Part shown: one piece after another, positions 21,147 through 31,322 of the stretch
Layout of the letters: every line of letters starts with the position of its first letter
How positions within the stretch are numbered: position 1 is the first letter of the stretch
From: an uncultured delta proteobacterium
Lineage (GTDB): Bacteria; Myxococcota_A; Polyangia; Polyangiales; Polyangiaceae
Direction: 5' to 3'
NCBI GenBank assembly: GCA_963716725.1
Contig: CAVQUB010000015.1
Span: 96,001-160,000, forward strand
Length of the DNA stretch: 64,000 bases
Program-made: the position numbers and the translations under genes
Notes under the pieces: model-generated
The model's database searches: none
What the model saw: the letters and a program-made list of their open reading frames with translations, nothing else
Told to the model about the DNA's origin: nothing

Positions 21147-22444
21147 CCGCCGTCGTGATCGTGGGTGCGCAGTGGGGCGACGAAGGCAAGGGCAAGATCG
21201 TCGACTACTACACCGAGTCTGCCCAGGTCGTCGTACGCTACGCCGGTGGCCCCAACGCCGGACACACGCTGGTGGTCGGCGACGACAAGCTCGTGGTGCG
21301 CCTGTTGCCGAGCGGCATCTTGCGGCCCACGACCAAGTGTATTCTCGGTCAGGGCATGGTGATCGACGCCAAGGTGCTCCTGGGCGAGATCGATCAGCTC
21401 ACCGAGCGCGGGTTCGGTGACCTGGGCAGCCGCCTGATGCTCTCGGATCGGGCGCACATGATTTTTCCGTACCATCTGACCATCGACGCGCTGCGCGAGA
21501 CCGCGCTCGGCCAGAGCAAAGCCATCGGCACCACCAAGAAGGGCATCGGGCCCGCCTACGAAGACAAAGCTCGCCGAACCGGGATCCGCGCCGGCGATCT
21601 GGCGGATCTGAACCGCCTCACCGAGCTGATCGAGGCAGCCCTCGAGGCGTGGCGCCCGACGCTCATGGCGCTCGGCGGCGACAGCCCCAGCGCTCGGGCC
21701 ATCGTGGACGAACTGGCCCCGCTGGCGGCGCGCTTGGTCCCCTTGCTGGGCAACGCTTCGCGCGCAGCCGACGAGGCAGTGACCAGTGGAAAGAACGTGA
21801 TGTTCGAAGGCGCGCAGGGGACGCTGCTCGACATCGATCATGGCACCTATCCCTTCGTGACCTCCAGCTCCGCGGTGGCGGGAGGCGCTACCATCGGCGC
21901 GGGCATCGGTCCCAGCCGCATCGACTGTGTCGTCGGTATCACCAAGGCGTATACGACTCGCGTCGGTTCCGGGCCATTCCCCACCGAGCAGGACGACGCC
22001 GCAGGCAAACACCTGCGCGACGTGGGTGTCGAATTCGGTTCGGTCACCGGCCGGCCTCGGCGGACCGGCTGGCTCGATCTGCCGGCGTTGCGCTACGCGC
22101 GGCGGGTCAACGGCCTCGACGGGCTGGCGTTGACCAAGCTCGACGTGCTCACCGGCCTCGATCGCGTGCGTATCTGCGTCGCCTACGACACGCCTGCGGG
22201 ACGGGTGGACGAGTTGCCCATCGATTTGATCGACCGACCCGGGTTGGCTACGCCCGTGTATCGGGACTTCGACGGATGGACCGAGCCGCTGTCGGGCGCT
22301 CGCCGGCTCGACGATCTGCCCCCGGCCGCGCGGCGCTATCTCGATTTCCTCGAATCGGGCGCGGAAGTTCCGCTGTATCTGGTCAGCGTGGGCCCACGTC
22401 GCGCCGAGACCATCGAGCTCCGGCATCCCTTCGCGGGAAACTGA
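21143..22444 (+). CDS. purA: adenylosuccinate synthetase
   Basis: GAQWGDEGKGK, GGPNAGHT, EGAQG, TGRPRRTGW, TKLDVL. Confidence 0.97.
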   Translation: MTAVVIVGAQWGDEGKGKIVDYYTESAQVVVRYAGGPNAGHTLVVGDDKLVVRLLPSGILRPTTKCILGQGMVIDAKVLLGEIDQLTERGFGDLGSRLMLSDRAHMIFPYHLTIDALRETALGQSKAIGTTKKGIGPAYEDKARRTGIRAGDLADLNRLTELIEAALEAWRPTLMALGGDSPSARAIVDELAPLAARLVPLLGNASRAADEAVTSGKNVMFEGAQGTLLDIDHGTYPFVTSSSAVAGGATIGAGIGPSRIDCVVGITKAYTTRVGSGPFPTEQDDAAGKHLRDVGVEFGSVTGRPRRTGWLDLPALRYARRVNGLDGLALTKLDVLTGLDRVRICVAYDTPAGRVDELPIDLIDRPGLATPVYRDFDGWTEPLSGARRLDDLPPAARRYLDFLESGAEVPLYLVSVGPRRAETIELRHPFAGN

Positions 22445-22454
22445 CCGGACTTCG

Positions 22455-23472
22455 GTGTACGCTTCGTTCGCCGTGCCCAAGATTCGATCACTGCTGGCGG
22501 CGTGTTTGCTGTCCGGAACCGCGGCCGCCCAGGCCGTGCCGGCAGGCCTGAGCGACGCCGCCGTCGCGGCGGACTTGTCCGCTGCCCGGGCCGCGAGTCC
22601 GCGACCCAGCGAGTGTTCGCCCGACGGTGTGGGCCGCACGCTGTGGACGCATTGGGAGCGCGCACGTCGCCCGCAGGTTGCTCGGTACTGCGACGCGCTG
22701 GCGCTGGGCTACGCGGAGCTTGGCGCCACGCCCCAGCGGGCGCTGGCGACCGCCAAGCGGGCAGCGACGCTAGCGCCGGGGCGCGCCGCGCCGGTGGTGC
22801 TCGAGGCACGCGCCCTCGTCGGCGCCGGACGTGCGCGAGAAGCCTTCACGGTGTTTGCCCGGGCTCGGGCCATCGACAAGCGCGGCCTGGCGGAATCCCG
22901 CGGCGTTGCACGACCTGGCCATTGCAGCCCTCGCGAGCGGCGAACACCTCGAAGCCGTCGCGGCTTACCGGGCACTGGTGCCGCGTGCCGGCATGCTCGC
23001 GGACGCGCGGGTTCGGCAGCGAGTCTATCTCGAGGCCGCGATGACCGTCATGCGCCGGGACCCAAAGGCGCTGGACGAGGCCCTCGGTTACCTGGGAGAA
23101 GCCCGGCGGCTGCGGGGCCTCCCGGGTCTCTCCGACGTGGTGCTCGGCGCCACGGCCCTCACGCTCGACCGGCAGGGGCGGCACGAGGAAGCGCGCGGCG
23201 TGGCCGCTGAGGCTCGCGGCCCCTTGGGCGTTGCCGGGCTGGCGACGACGCCGGCGGCCGCGGGCGGTCCCCTGGTCACGCTGCCCGACGGCGAGCTGGC
23301 GGCCATCGCTGCGGTGCTCACGGAGCGAACTCACCCGGAGCTGGCAAAGAAGCTGTGGCGGACGTTCGAGGCCAGCGCTGCGACCGCGGGTTCGCCGTGG
23401 CAAGCGCAGGCGAAGCGGCGCGCCGAGTCCCAGGCAGCGCCTGTCCGCCGCTGGGGCAGGCCGCCACGATGA
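22455..23472 (+). CDS. secreted TPR-repeat protein (one-base frameshift near 22894)
   Basis: Signal peptide and TPR-like helices in two overlapping frames; removing one A gives LADPAALHDLA. Confidence 0.6.
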
Positions 23473-24434
23473 GAGTGTCGATGGCGATTGCCTGCTCGTT
23501 GCTCGCCGGCATCGCTCAGGCCAAGCCCTCCATCTGGGACGTCGCCCGGGAGCCCAGCGTCGAGCGTGACTACCAGACGCTGGTCGCCGTCGAGCGCATG
23601 GTGGCTCGCGACGACAGCGGAGATCCGACGCTGCCCGGGCGCTTCATGCGCGCGGCATTGGCGGTGATCGAGCTGGCGGGCGGTACCCGGAGCGCCGACG
23701 CTCGCCTGCTCTTCGTCGCCGGAGATCTGCTGTCGGATCCCATGGTCGGGCGTGACAAGGAAGCTCGCGCCCTGCTCGTTCGCGCGCTTCGCGTCGCTCC
23801 CGACTCACCCTTGGCGGGTCGCGCTTGGTTCAACCTCGCCATCGCTTCCGCCCGGATGCGGGATCCAGCGAGCGAGCGCAAGGCCTACGGCAACGCGCTC
23901 GAGCGGGTTTGGGAGCCCGGTTTCCGCTCCAACATCCTGGCCAATCGCGCCGAATCGAACATGGTTCTGGGCGACCTCGAAGCCGCCGTCGTGGACTACC
24001 GCAAGGCCATCGCGCTCTCGGATCGACCGGATCTCGCGGCTCTGGGCCACTACGGCCTGGGCGTCGCCCTCGAGCGCAACGGAGATCTGCCCCGTGCCCT
24101 GGACGCGATGGACGTCGCGCGCGCGATCCAAATCCCGGGCGTCGGTTCGGCGCTCGATCTGCCGAGCGTGTTCTTCGTCCCGGCCTACGACATTCACTAC
24201 TACAAAGCTCTCGCTGCCCTGGCCGCGGCGCGCGGTCCCAAGAAGCCCGAGGTCGTTGCGGCTCATTTGCTCGACGCTGGCGAAGAGTGGCAGCGCTATC
24301 TGGAGCAAGCGGTGCCCGAGAAACACCGTTGGATCGATCACGCGCGACGTCACCAGGCCACGACCCTGGCGCGTCTCGAGAAGCTCGCACCGGTGATCAG
24401 GCGGCGTGCGGCAACGATTCGTCGCGAGCGTTGA
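23469..24434 (+). CDS. secreted TPR-repeat protein
   Basis: Signal peptide; TPR motifs (AWFNLAIA, NRAESNMVLGDLEAAVVDYRKAI); ATGA overlap. Confidence 0.75.
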   Translation: MRVSMAIACSLLAGIAQAKPSIWDVAREPSVERDYQTLVAVERMVARDDSGDPTLPGRFMRAALAVIELAGGTRSADARLLFVAGDLLSDPMVGRDKEARALLVRALRVAPDSPLAGRAWFNLAIASARMRDPASERKAYGNALERVWEPGFRSNILANRAESNMVLGDLEAAVVDYRKAIALSDRPDLAALGHYGLGVALERNGDLPRALDAMDVARAIQIPGVGSALDLPSVFFVPAYDIHYYKALAALAAARGPKKPEVVAAHLLDAGEEWQRYLEQAVPEKHRWIDHARRHQATTLARLEKLAPVIRRRAATIRRER

Positions 24435-25512
24435 GCGCCCGGCTCAGCCCCTCGACGTCTTCGACGCGCTCGAGCACCGGACGGAGCCCCGGCATGGCTT
24501 CGTCGTCGCGAAACGCGCCGCTCGCCGCCAGCGCACGCGCGCGCGGTCCGTCGAGCACCAAGAACACGTCCCGCAGGCCGTTTCTCGCCGGAGCGTCGAT
24601 CAAGTCGACGATCTTGCTGCGGTCCAGGTGCAGCTCCTCTTTGCCGCGCTGGATCAGCACCCGGCGGTTCGTCACGAGGTAACGGGTCGAGCCCGCGAGG
24701 CGGCCGGGTTGGATGACGGCCCGGTGAAACAGCACGAACGCCGTCGCGAGCACCGTCAGCGTGGCCAGCCCCAGGCCGGTCACCAGCGCCTCGAAGGCCA
24801 GAGCTTCGGTGGAGATGCCCGCCGCCAACACTTTGCGCAAGGTTGGCACAGCAGTGGACGCCATGCGCACACCGACGCCGAGCAGGATCAGCGAGAGCGC
24901 GACGGTGGACCAGCCGCGCTGGCGGGGCAGGTACGAGCGCCACGTCGGTCGCGGGGCGGCGGCCCAGAGCACGCGCTCTCCGAGCTGGAGTCGCTGGGCC
25001 AGGAGTCGGTCGTCGCGTCCTGCAAGCACGACGTCCTCGTGCCCCGCGATGATGGCGGCGACACGATCGGGCGCCTTCAGCCCATACAATCGCAGCATCA
25101 GCCTGCGGCGAAGCGCGCCCGTTGGAACCGCGCGCACCAGCTCGATGTCACCCACCCCCGGAGCGAGCCAGTGGATCCGGGCGAAACTGACCGCGCGGCG
25201 CTCGATGCTGCGGCGGAAGGGGCCGCGGATGAACACCACGTGGTGTTCGGTGACCTGGTAGCTGACGCGAGCGAGCCACACCCGTGGACCGTGCAGCAGC
25301 GCGAAGCCGAGGGTGGTCGCCCAAGCGCCAAACAAGAGCGTCGGCGCCGGCGACGTGCCCAGCGAGCGGGACAAGACGAAGGCGAAACAGACCGAGACGA
25401 ACGCCGTCGCGAACATCACCAGGGCCGAGGCTCGAAGAAAGGCTGGCGTCTCGAGCCGCTCGGGACGGCCCGTCCAGACGATCTGCTCTCCGTACCGTGA
25501 GTCTCTGGCCAC
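24397..25512 (-). CDS. membrane protein with duplicated bacterial PH-like domains
   Basis: Two GE.(I/V).W...P + TM + Y.VT..(H/R)V units. Confidence 0.65.
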   Translation of the reverse strand: MARDSRYGEQIVWTGRPERLETPAFLRASALVMFATAFVSVCFAFVLSRSLGTSPAPTLLFGAWATTLGFALLHGPRVWLARVSYQVTEHHVVFIRGPFRRSIERRAVSFARIHWLAPGVGDIELVRAVPTGALRRRLMLRLYGLKAPDRVAAIIAGHEDVVLAGRDDRLLAQRLQLGERVLWAAAPRPTWRSYLPRQRGWSTVALSLILLGVGVRMASTAVPTLRKVLAAGISTEALAFEALVTGLGLATLTVLATAFVLFHRAVIQPGRLAGSTRYLVTNRRVLIQRGKEELHLDRSKIVDLIDAPARNGLRDVFLVLDGPRARALAASGAFRDDEAMPGLRPVLERVEDVEGLSRALNARDESLPHAA

Positions 25513-25635
25513 GTGTCTCGAGGCTTGGACGTTCCTGCCTCTGAGAAAGTCTGATGGAGCGCCGCGCCTCCGTCGAGCCGGTCGCGGTCGTTTTCGAGCG
25601 TTGCAGCCGGACCGGAATGGGTCAGCGGGCCGGCG

Positions 25636-26718
25636 TCAGTGGGTCGGAGCGACGAATACGATCTCGATCCGCTCGTTGCGCGGCCTAGAACCCGGTCGCG
25701 CCGGGTCGACCACGGGCTCTGCGCTGCCGGCGGAGGCTCCGTCGACGCGGCTTGCCCCGGCGCTGCCGAGCGCGTCCGCGATGACTTTCTTGCGCGCCTC
25801 GTCGCTGCCCCGGCCGTGAAACACGACCAGCAGGGGAAAGCTCGGGTGCGCCTTTGCCACGCGCCCCAACGACTCGAGCACGCGCTTGCCCTCGGCCCCG
25901 AGCGCGCCCTTGGCGTCGAACACCCCACGCAGCGTGATGACGACACCGCGATCGTCGCGAAACGGGTGGAGGGATCCGACTCGGCTCAGCTCGGCCAAGA
26001 GCGCGTCGGTGACGCCTGCGGCGGGAGCGGCGCTCGCGGCGGGCCGGCGTGCTTCCGTCAGCAGGCGCAGGCAGCTCGATCGCGCCGCCACGGCAGCGTC
26101 GATGGGCGCCGCCTTCGGGCTCGATGCCAGCGCGCGATCGAGCTGGGCGAGCTTGTCGAGCTCGGCGCCGACGGCCGCGAGCTTGGGATCCAAGAGCCGC
26201 GTCGCGACACACAAGAGGCGGGCCTGCGATGCCAGCGCGCGGGCGGCGTCGAGGCGCGCTTTCTCACGCTCGGGTCCGGCCGGAGCGTTGGGCACTAGCG
26301 GAAGCGCGTCTTCGGCGACCCGGATCCGAAGTTCGAGATCGCTTGCTTCGGCGGCGACACGTCGGTGCTTTTCGTCGATATCGGCCAGCGTACTCTTGGC
26401 CTGCGCAAGATCGCGATTGGCGACCCCGAGCTCGCGTTCGGCACGCGCCAGCCGCGCCAGGACGAAGGCTCGCGAGTACGCCGCGAGGGCGTGTTCGCTG
26501 GCGATCTGAGCGGAAGCCGTGTCGCCCTCGCGGTGCGCGTCCTCGGCGCGGGCTCGGAGCGCCTCGGCGGCGGCGTGGGCTTGGGGGGCGAGCTGCTTGG
26601 ATTCCGCGGCCTGCGCGCCGCTCGATGCCGCGTCCACGTCGAACATGATGCGCGGCCTCGGCGCCGACGCGCAGGCCAGCAAGAGCGCCGATCCCAGCAA
26701 CAAAGCCAGGCGTCTCAC
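25636..26718 (-). CDS. lipoprotein with coiled coil and degenerate OmpA-like C-terminal domain
   Basis: Lipobox LLAC; DDRGVVITL..RNERIEIVF; GTG overlaps stop of upstream gene. Confidence 0.7.
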   Translation of the reverse strand: MRRLALLLGSALLLACASAPRPRIMFDVDAASSGAQAAESKQLAPQAHAAAEALRARAEDAHREGDTASAQIASEHALAAYSRAFVLARLARAERELGVANRDLAQAKSTLADIDEKHRRVAAEASDLELRIRVAEDALPLVPNAPAGPEREKARLDAARALASQARLLCVATRLLDPKLAAVGAELDKLAQLDRALASSPKAAPIDAAVAARSSCLRLLTEARRPAASAAPAAGVTDALLAELSRVGSLHPFRDDRGVVITLRGVFDAKGALGAEGKRVLESLGRVAKAHPSFPLLVVFHGRGSDEARKKVIADALGSAGASRVDGASAGSAEPVVDPARPGSRPRNERIEIVFVAPTH

Positions 26719-27236
26719 TTCTGAGCCTTTCCGGCTTTGGCCGGTGGCTTCTTCGGCGGTTTCGTCTCCAGTGGCGGCTGCGCGGGGGGGGCCTTGGGTC
26801 GCTCGAGGTCGTCGAGCTTGGCCTGAGCGCGACCGCGGCGTGCCAAAGCCTCTTCGAGCAAGGCGCGAGCGCGCGAGAGCTTCGTCTCGACGTCCGACAG
26901 ATCTTTCTGCACGTCGCGCTGCTTCTTCTCGGCCTCCGCGGCCCGCACCAGATCGGTACCGGTCTCGGCGTGCTCGCGCGCCAACGCCTCGAGTTCCGGG
27001 GCGTGCTTGGCGTCTCCGGCTCCAAGCGCGTCGTTGGCACGGTCCAGCGCACGGCGAGCCGCGGTCATGGGCTCGCGCGCGAGGCGAGCGTGGGCGGGGA
27101 TCCGAGTCAGGGCGCCGAGGGCGGCTTCGGCGCGGTTCCGATCGCTGCCGGAGCGGTTCGCCAGCGCGACGCCCCCGATGCAGGTCAAGACCGCGAGCGC
27201 GGCCGCCGACGAGGCCCAGCGGGACGAGCGTTTCAC
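26715..27236 (-). CDS. secreted coiled-coil (DUF4398-like) protein
   Basis: Signal peptide, helical Ala-rich body; translationally coupled to OmpA-like gene. Confidence 0.6.
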   Translation of the reverse strand: MKRSSRWASSAAALAVLTCIGGVALANRSGSDRNRAEAALGALTRIPAHARLAREPMTAARRALDRANDALGAGDAKHAPELEALAREHAETGTDLVRAAEAEKKQRDVQKDLSDVETKLSRARALLEEALARRGRAQAKLDDLERPKAPPAQPPLETKPPKKPPAKAGKAQK

Positions 27237-27329
27237 GCGCGAAACAAGCCACGAGCCTCGCGCCGGGTCAAGTGTCGTGCTTGCGGTCGATGATCCGGGT
27301 TATAGGCCTGCGCCGGAGTCGAGACGACC

Positions 27330-27761
27330 ATGCGCAAGAGCTGGGACGAATACTTCATGGCGATTGCCGGCGAGGTGGCGACGCGCTCGACCTGCGACCG
27401 CAAGCATGTCGGCGCGGTGATCGTCCGGGACAAGATGATCGTCGCAACGGGCTACAACGGGTCGATCCGCGGGCTGCCGCACTGCGACGAAGCGGGTCAC
27501 CTGATGGAAGACGGCCACTGCGTGCGGACCGTGCATGCGGAGGCCAACGCCATCGTTCAGGCCGCACGCAATGGCATGCGCGTGGAGGACGCCAGCATCT
27601 ACGTGACCGCGTCACCCTGCTTCGGTTGCTTCAAGCTGGTGGCCAACTCGGGGATCCGTCGCATCGTCTTCGCGGAGTTCTACCGCGATCACCGCATCTT
27701 CGAGTTCAGTCAGCTGCTCGGCGTCGAGTTGGTGCACCTCGAGGGTGCGGCGCCGGCATGA
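27330..27761 (+). CDS. dCMP deaminase (ComEB family)
   Basis: WDEYFM, TGYNG, HAEANA, SPCFGC. Confidence 0.92.
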   Translation: MRKSWDEYFMAIAGEVATRSTCDRKHVGAVIVRDKMIVATGYNGSIRGLPHCDEAGHLMEDGHCVRTVHAEANAIVQAARNGMRVEDASIYVTASPCFGCFKLVANSGIRRIVFAEFYRDHRIFEFSQLLGVELVHLEGAAPA

Positions 27762-28750
27762 GCGCCCTCGCCGTCGCGGTCGTCGCCGGCGGACCTTCGG
27801 CCGAAGCGAACGTGAGTCGCACGTCGGCACGGGCCGTGCGGGCTGCCCTCGAAGAGGCGGGGCATCGCCCGCTGGTGCTCGAGCTCGACGCTGCGCTCGC
27901 CGGGCGACTCGTGAGCGCCAGCGTCGACGTCGTGTTTCCGGTGACGCATGGGCCCTTGGGTGAGGATGGCTGCCTGCAAGGTCTGCTCGAGGTGCTGGGC
28001 CTGCCTTACGTCGGCTCGGGGGTCTTGGCCAGCGCGCTGGCCGCGTCCAAGCCCCACGCCAAAGCGCTATTTCGCAAGGCTTCACTGCCCGTCGCCGACG
28101 AGCTCTTGCTGCGCTGTGACGACGCGCTGCCGGAGGCTGCGACGCGCGCCCGGGCCGAACTCGGTGGGGCGGTGGTGATCAAGCCTGCCTCCGGCGGATC
28201 CGCCATTGGCACGACGCGGCTCCGGGCCGACGCTGAGGTGGACCACTGGGTGGCGGCGCTCCGCGCCGCGTTTGCGGTGGATGACACCGCGCTCGTCGAG
28301 CGCTTCGTGCCCGGCTTCGAGGTGACCTGCGGCGTGATCGAGGACGGCTCCGGGCTGCGCGCTCTGCCGCCGACGCTGATCACGTCGAAGGCCGCCGAGT
28401 GGTACGACTTCCGGTCGCGCTACGCAGCCGGGGGCAGCGAGCACCAGTGCCCGGCGCCTCTGCCCGAGCGAATCACGGCGCGGGTGCAAGAGGTCGCCGA
28501 GTTGGCGTTCCGCGCCCTCGGGTGTCGCAATCTCGGACGGGTCGATTTCGTGGTGGGGGAAGGGGACGACCCGAGGGCAGTGACCTTGCTGGAGGTCAAC
28601 ACCCTTCCCGGCATGACGAGCACGAGCTTGTTTCCCGAGGCCGCGGCGGTCGCTGGCATTGGTTTTCCGTCGCTGTGCGCGGGGCTCGCGGAGCGTGCGG
28701 AGGCACGACCTCGCCGGGCGCGGCCCGTCGAAATCCCGATGCCGGATTGA
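27758..28750 (+). CDS. ddl: D-alanine--D-alanine ligase
   Basis: GGPSAEANVS, HGPLGEDG, KPASGGSAIG, EVNTLPGMT. Confidence 0.92.
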   Translation: MSALAVAVVAGGPSAEANVSRTSARAVRAALEEAGHRPLVLELDAALAGRLVSASVDVVFPVTHGPLGEDGCLQGLLEVLGLPYVGSGVLASALAASKPHAKALFRKASLPVADELLLRCDDALPEAATRARAELGGAVVIKPASGGSAIGTTRLRADAEVDHWVAALRAAFAVDDTALVERFVPGFEVTCGVIEDGSGLRALPPTLITSKAAEWYDFRSRYAAGGSEHQCPAPLPERITARVQEVAELAFRALGCRNLGRVDFVVGEGDDPRAVTLLEVNTLPGMTSTSLFPEAAAVAGIGFPSLCAGLAERAEARPRRARPVEIPMPD

Positions 28751-28751
28751 G

Positions 28752-29351
28752 CTACTTTCTGCGAGCCCGAAGCCGATCGAGCAAATCGTCCCGATTGGCG
28801 GGTGCGGCGACGGTGCGGGGACCGGGCCGTGCGGGCGGGGCCGAAAGCGACGGCGAGACGACGTCCGGCGTGCTCTGCTCCGGCGTGCTCTGCTCCGGCG
28901 TGCTCTGCTCCGGCGTGCTCTGCTCCGGCGTGCTCTGCTCCGGCGTGCTCTGCTCCACGATGGTCGGTGATTCGACTTCGGCCTCGAGCACCAGCGGCTT
29001 CTGCGGCGGGCGGCGGGAGCGGCGCTCCTTGCGTCGGGCCTCGAGGACGCGGTCGATGAAGCGCTTGGTCGCGGCGTCGAATCGTCGGAAGCGCACCCGC
29101 AGGCCACCGGGTCGGTTGCCGTCGGCCGCTACGACCTTGTGCGCTTTTCCCTCGGCGCGGATGGGCCTGGTGCCATCGTCGAGCACAATCTCGAAGCGCA
29201 CCACGGTGTCTTTGGGCAGCGCGGGCTGGTCGATGAGCATCACGGCCTTGTCGTCGATGGTCCACGCCTCGGCCTCGAGGTAGTCGTCCTCGTTGGCGTA
29301 CGGGCGGTGAACACGCAGAACGACGGGGTCGGTCACGGCGGATTTTGCCAT
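28752..29351 (-). CDS. degenerate PilZ-like protein with EQSTP repeat
   Basis: Beta-barrel-like VRFEIVL..AEGK..GLRVRF; no RxxxR motif. Confidence 0.55.
   Translation of the reverse strand: MAKSAVTDPVVLRVHRPYANEDDYLEAEAWTIDDKAVMLIDQPALPKDTVVRFEIVLDDGTRPIRAEGKAHKVVAADGNRPGGLRVRFRRFDAATKRFIDRVLEARRKERRSRRPPQKPLVLEAEVESPTIVEQSTPEQSTPEQSTPEQSTPEQSTPEQSTPDVVSPSLSAPPARPGPRTVAAPANRDDLLDRLRARRK
28864..28956. repeat. perfect 15-bp tandem repeat x6 (TCCGGCGTGCTCTGC)
   Basis: Read directly from the sequence; encodes (EQSTP)6. Confidence 0.95.
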
Positions 29352-29420
29352 TATTAGCGGGACCGCTGCCGCGACGCAATCGATCACGGGGGACTCCATG
29401 CTACGCTCCGCGTCCGCCAC

Positions 29421-30710
29421 ATGACCGGACGGAATGTGCTCGTGTTGGGTGGAGGCGGACGCGAGCACGCGCTGGCCGACGCGCTCCTGGCTTCGGAGTC
29501 GGTGAGCCGAGTCGTGGTGGCGCCCGGCAACGCCGGAACGGCGGAGCGACCACGCTGGATTCCGGACCGCAAAGTGCTCGAGAATCGCGCAGGCCAGGCC
29601 CTCGAAGTCGCTCGCGCTGAGCGGCCCGATCTGGTGGTGGTCGGACCGGAGGGCCCGCTGACGGAAGGCCTCATCGACAATCTAAGGAGCGAGGGGTTCC
29701 TTGCCTACGGACCGTCGCGTCGGGCGGCCGCGCTGGAGGGCTCCAAGTCGTTCATGAAGGAGTTTGCAGCGCGGCACGGGCTCCGGACGGCTCGCTTCGA
29801 GCGCGTGGCCGCGGCCTCGGAAGTCGAGCGGGTGGTCGCCGCATTCGACCTGCCGCCGGTGGTGAAAGCAGACGGCCTCTGCGCAGGCAAGGGTGTGGTG
29901 GTGGCGCGCGATCACGCGGAGGCCGCGCGCGCCGCCCGGGAGATGCTCGCGGGGCGCTTCGGTGAGGCGGGCAGCAGCGTCGTGATCGAAGAGCAGCTGG
30001 TCGGGCAAGAAGCCAGCGTGCACGCCATCTGCGACGGCGAGCGTGCCTTTGTCTTGCCCGCCGCCCGCGATCACAAGCGCATCTTCGACGGCGACGTCGG
30101 ACCGAACACCGGCGGCATGGGCACCTACGCCCCCGCGCCGCTGGTGACTCCCGCCCTCGCCGAGCGCATCGACAAGGAGATCATCCAGCGCGCCCTGGCC
30201 GGCATGGCCGCCGACGGCAATGCCTTCCAAGGCACGCTCTTCGCTGGACTGATGATCACGGCGGCGGGCGAGCCCTACCTGCTCGAGTTCAACGTCCGCT
30301 TCGGTGATCCCGAGACCCAGGTCTTGATGAACGTGCTCGACGGCGATCTGGCGGAGCTGCTCAGCAGCGCGGCCGAGGGCAAGCTTCGTCCTGGTGTCGT
30401 GGCCGTCGCCCCGCGCCACGCGGTGTGTATCGTGCTGGCAGCGCCGGGATATCCTGGCACTCCCGCGACGGGCTCCGTGATCACCGGGCTCGACCGCGCC
30501 GCCGAGATCGAGGGAGTGCGGGTGTATCACGCCGGCACTCGACTCGACCCCGCCGGTTGCGTCACCAGCGGAGGTCGCGTGCTGGGCGTGACCGCGCGCG
30601 GAGCGACGCTGAGCGAGGCGCACGAGCGAGCGTACCGCGCGGCGGATGCCATCGACTTTGCAGGCAAGCAGCTGCGGCGCGACATCGCGGCGCACGCGCT
30701 GGCGCCATGA
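29421..30710 (+). CDS. purD: phosphoribosylamine--glycine ligase
   Basis: GGGGREHAL, GPEGPL, KADGLCAGKGV, GPNTGGMG, EFNVRFGDPE. Confidence 0.97.
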   Translation: MTGRNVLVLGGGGREHALADALLASESVSRVVVAPGNAGTAERPRWIPDRKVLENRAGQALEVARAERPDLVVVGPEGPLTEGLIDNLRSEGFLAYGPSRRAAALEGSKSFMKEFAARHGLRTARFERVAAASEVERVVAAFDLPPVVKADGLCAGKGVVVARDHAEAARAAREMLAGRFGEAGSSVVIEEQLVGQEASVHAICDGERAFVLPAARDHKRIFDGDVGPNTGGMGTYAPAPLVTPALAERIDKEIIQRALAGMAADGNAFQGTLFAGLMITAAGEPYLLEFNVRFGDPETQVLMNVLDGDLAELLSSAAEGKLRPGVVAVAPRHAVCIVLAAPGYPGTPATGSVITGLDRAAEIEGVRVYHAGTRLDPAGCVTSGGRVLGVTARGATLSEAHERAYRAADAIDFAGKQLRRDIAAHALAP

Positions 30711-31322
30711 GCGGCGATTTCGACGCAGCGCTCGCGGCGCTCGCCCGCGGCGGCGTCGTGGCTGCCGCCACCGAGACCTTGTTCGGTCTCTTGGCGGACG
30801 CGACCTCGAGCGACGCCGTGAGGCGCGTCGCGGAGCTCAAGCCGCGGGACGACAAGGCGTTCCCATTGATCTTGCCCACCCGCGCGAGCTGGCCAGACGT
30901 CGCCGAAGAAATACCGGAGGCCGCTCGGGCGCTCGCCGACGAGCTGTGGCCCGGGCCACTCACGATCGCGGTGCAGGCTCGGCCCGGACTCGACGCGCGG
31001 CTGGTCAGTGAGGGCACGGTCGCCGTCCGGTTGCCCGCTGCATCTCCGGCAGCGCGCCTCGCGGCGCGTTTCGGCCGCCCGCTGACGGCCACCAGCGCCA
31101 ACCCGACAGGGCTGCCGCCCACCTTCGACCCAGCGGTAGTGCGCGGGTACTTCGCAGCGCAGATCTCCTCCGGTGAGCTGTTCGTGCTGGGTGACCCGGC
31201 GCCGGGCGGGGCGCCATCGACGGTTGTGGTCGTTCGCGGCAGCGTGGTCGAGGTGGCGCGTGAAGGCGCCATCAGCGGCGAACGGGTGCGAGAGGTGGCG
31301 CGCCGAAAATGCTCTAGCATGA
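30707..31322 (+). CDS. tsaC: L-threonylcarbamoyladenylate synthase (TsaC/YrdC); reads in frame into DUF1015 in this assembly
   Basis: TETLFGL, WPGPLT, VAVR, ATSAN, PSTVV, REGAI; 3' end inferred. Confidence 0.8.

Noticed and set aside
19023..28750. Very long ORFs 19023-21146, 20336-22444, 25636-27252 and 26519-28750 as fusion proteins
   Set aside because: The N-terminal extensions are shadow frames over other genes in high-GC DNA; real starts are at 19884, 21143, 26718 and 27758.
28864..28956. Tandem repeats here and at about 12106-12350 and 44005-44280 as a CRISPR array
   Set aside because: No unique spacers, units are multiples of 3 inside ORFs, and there are no cas genes.
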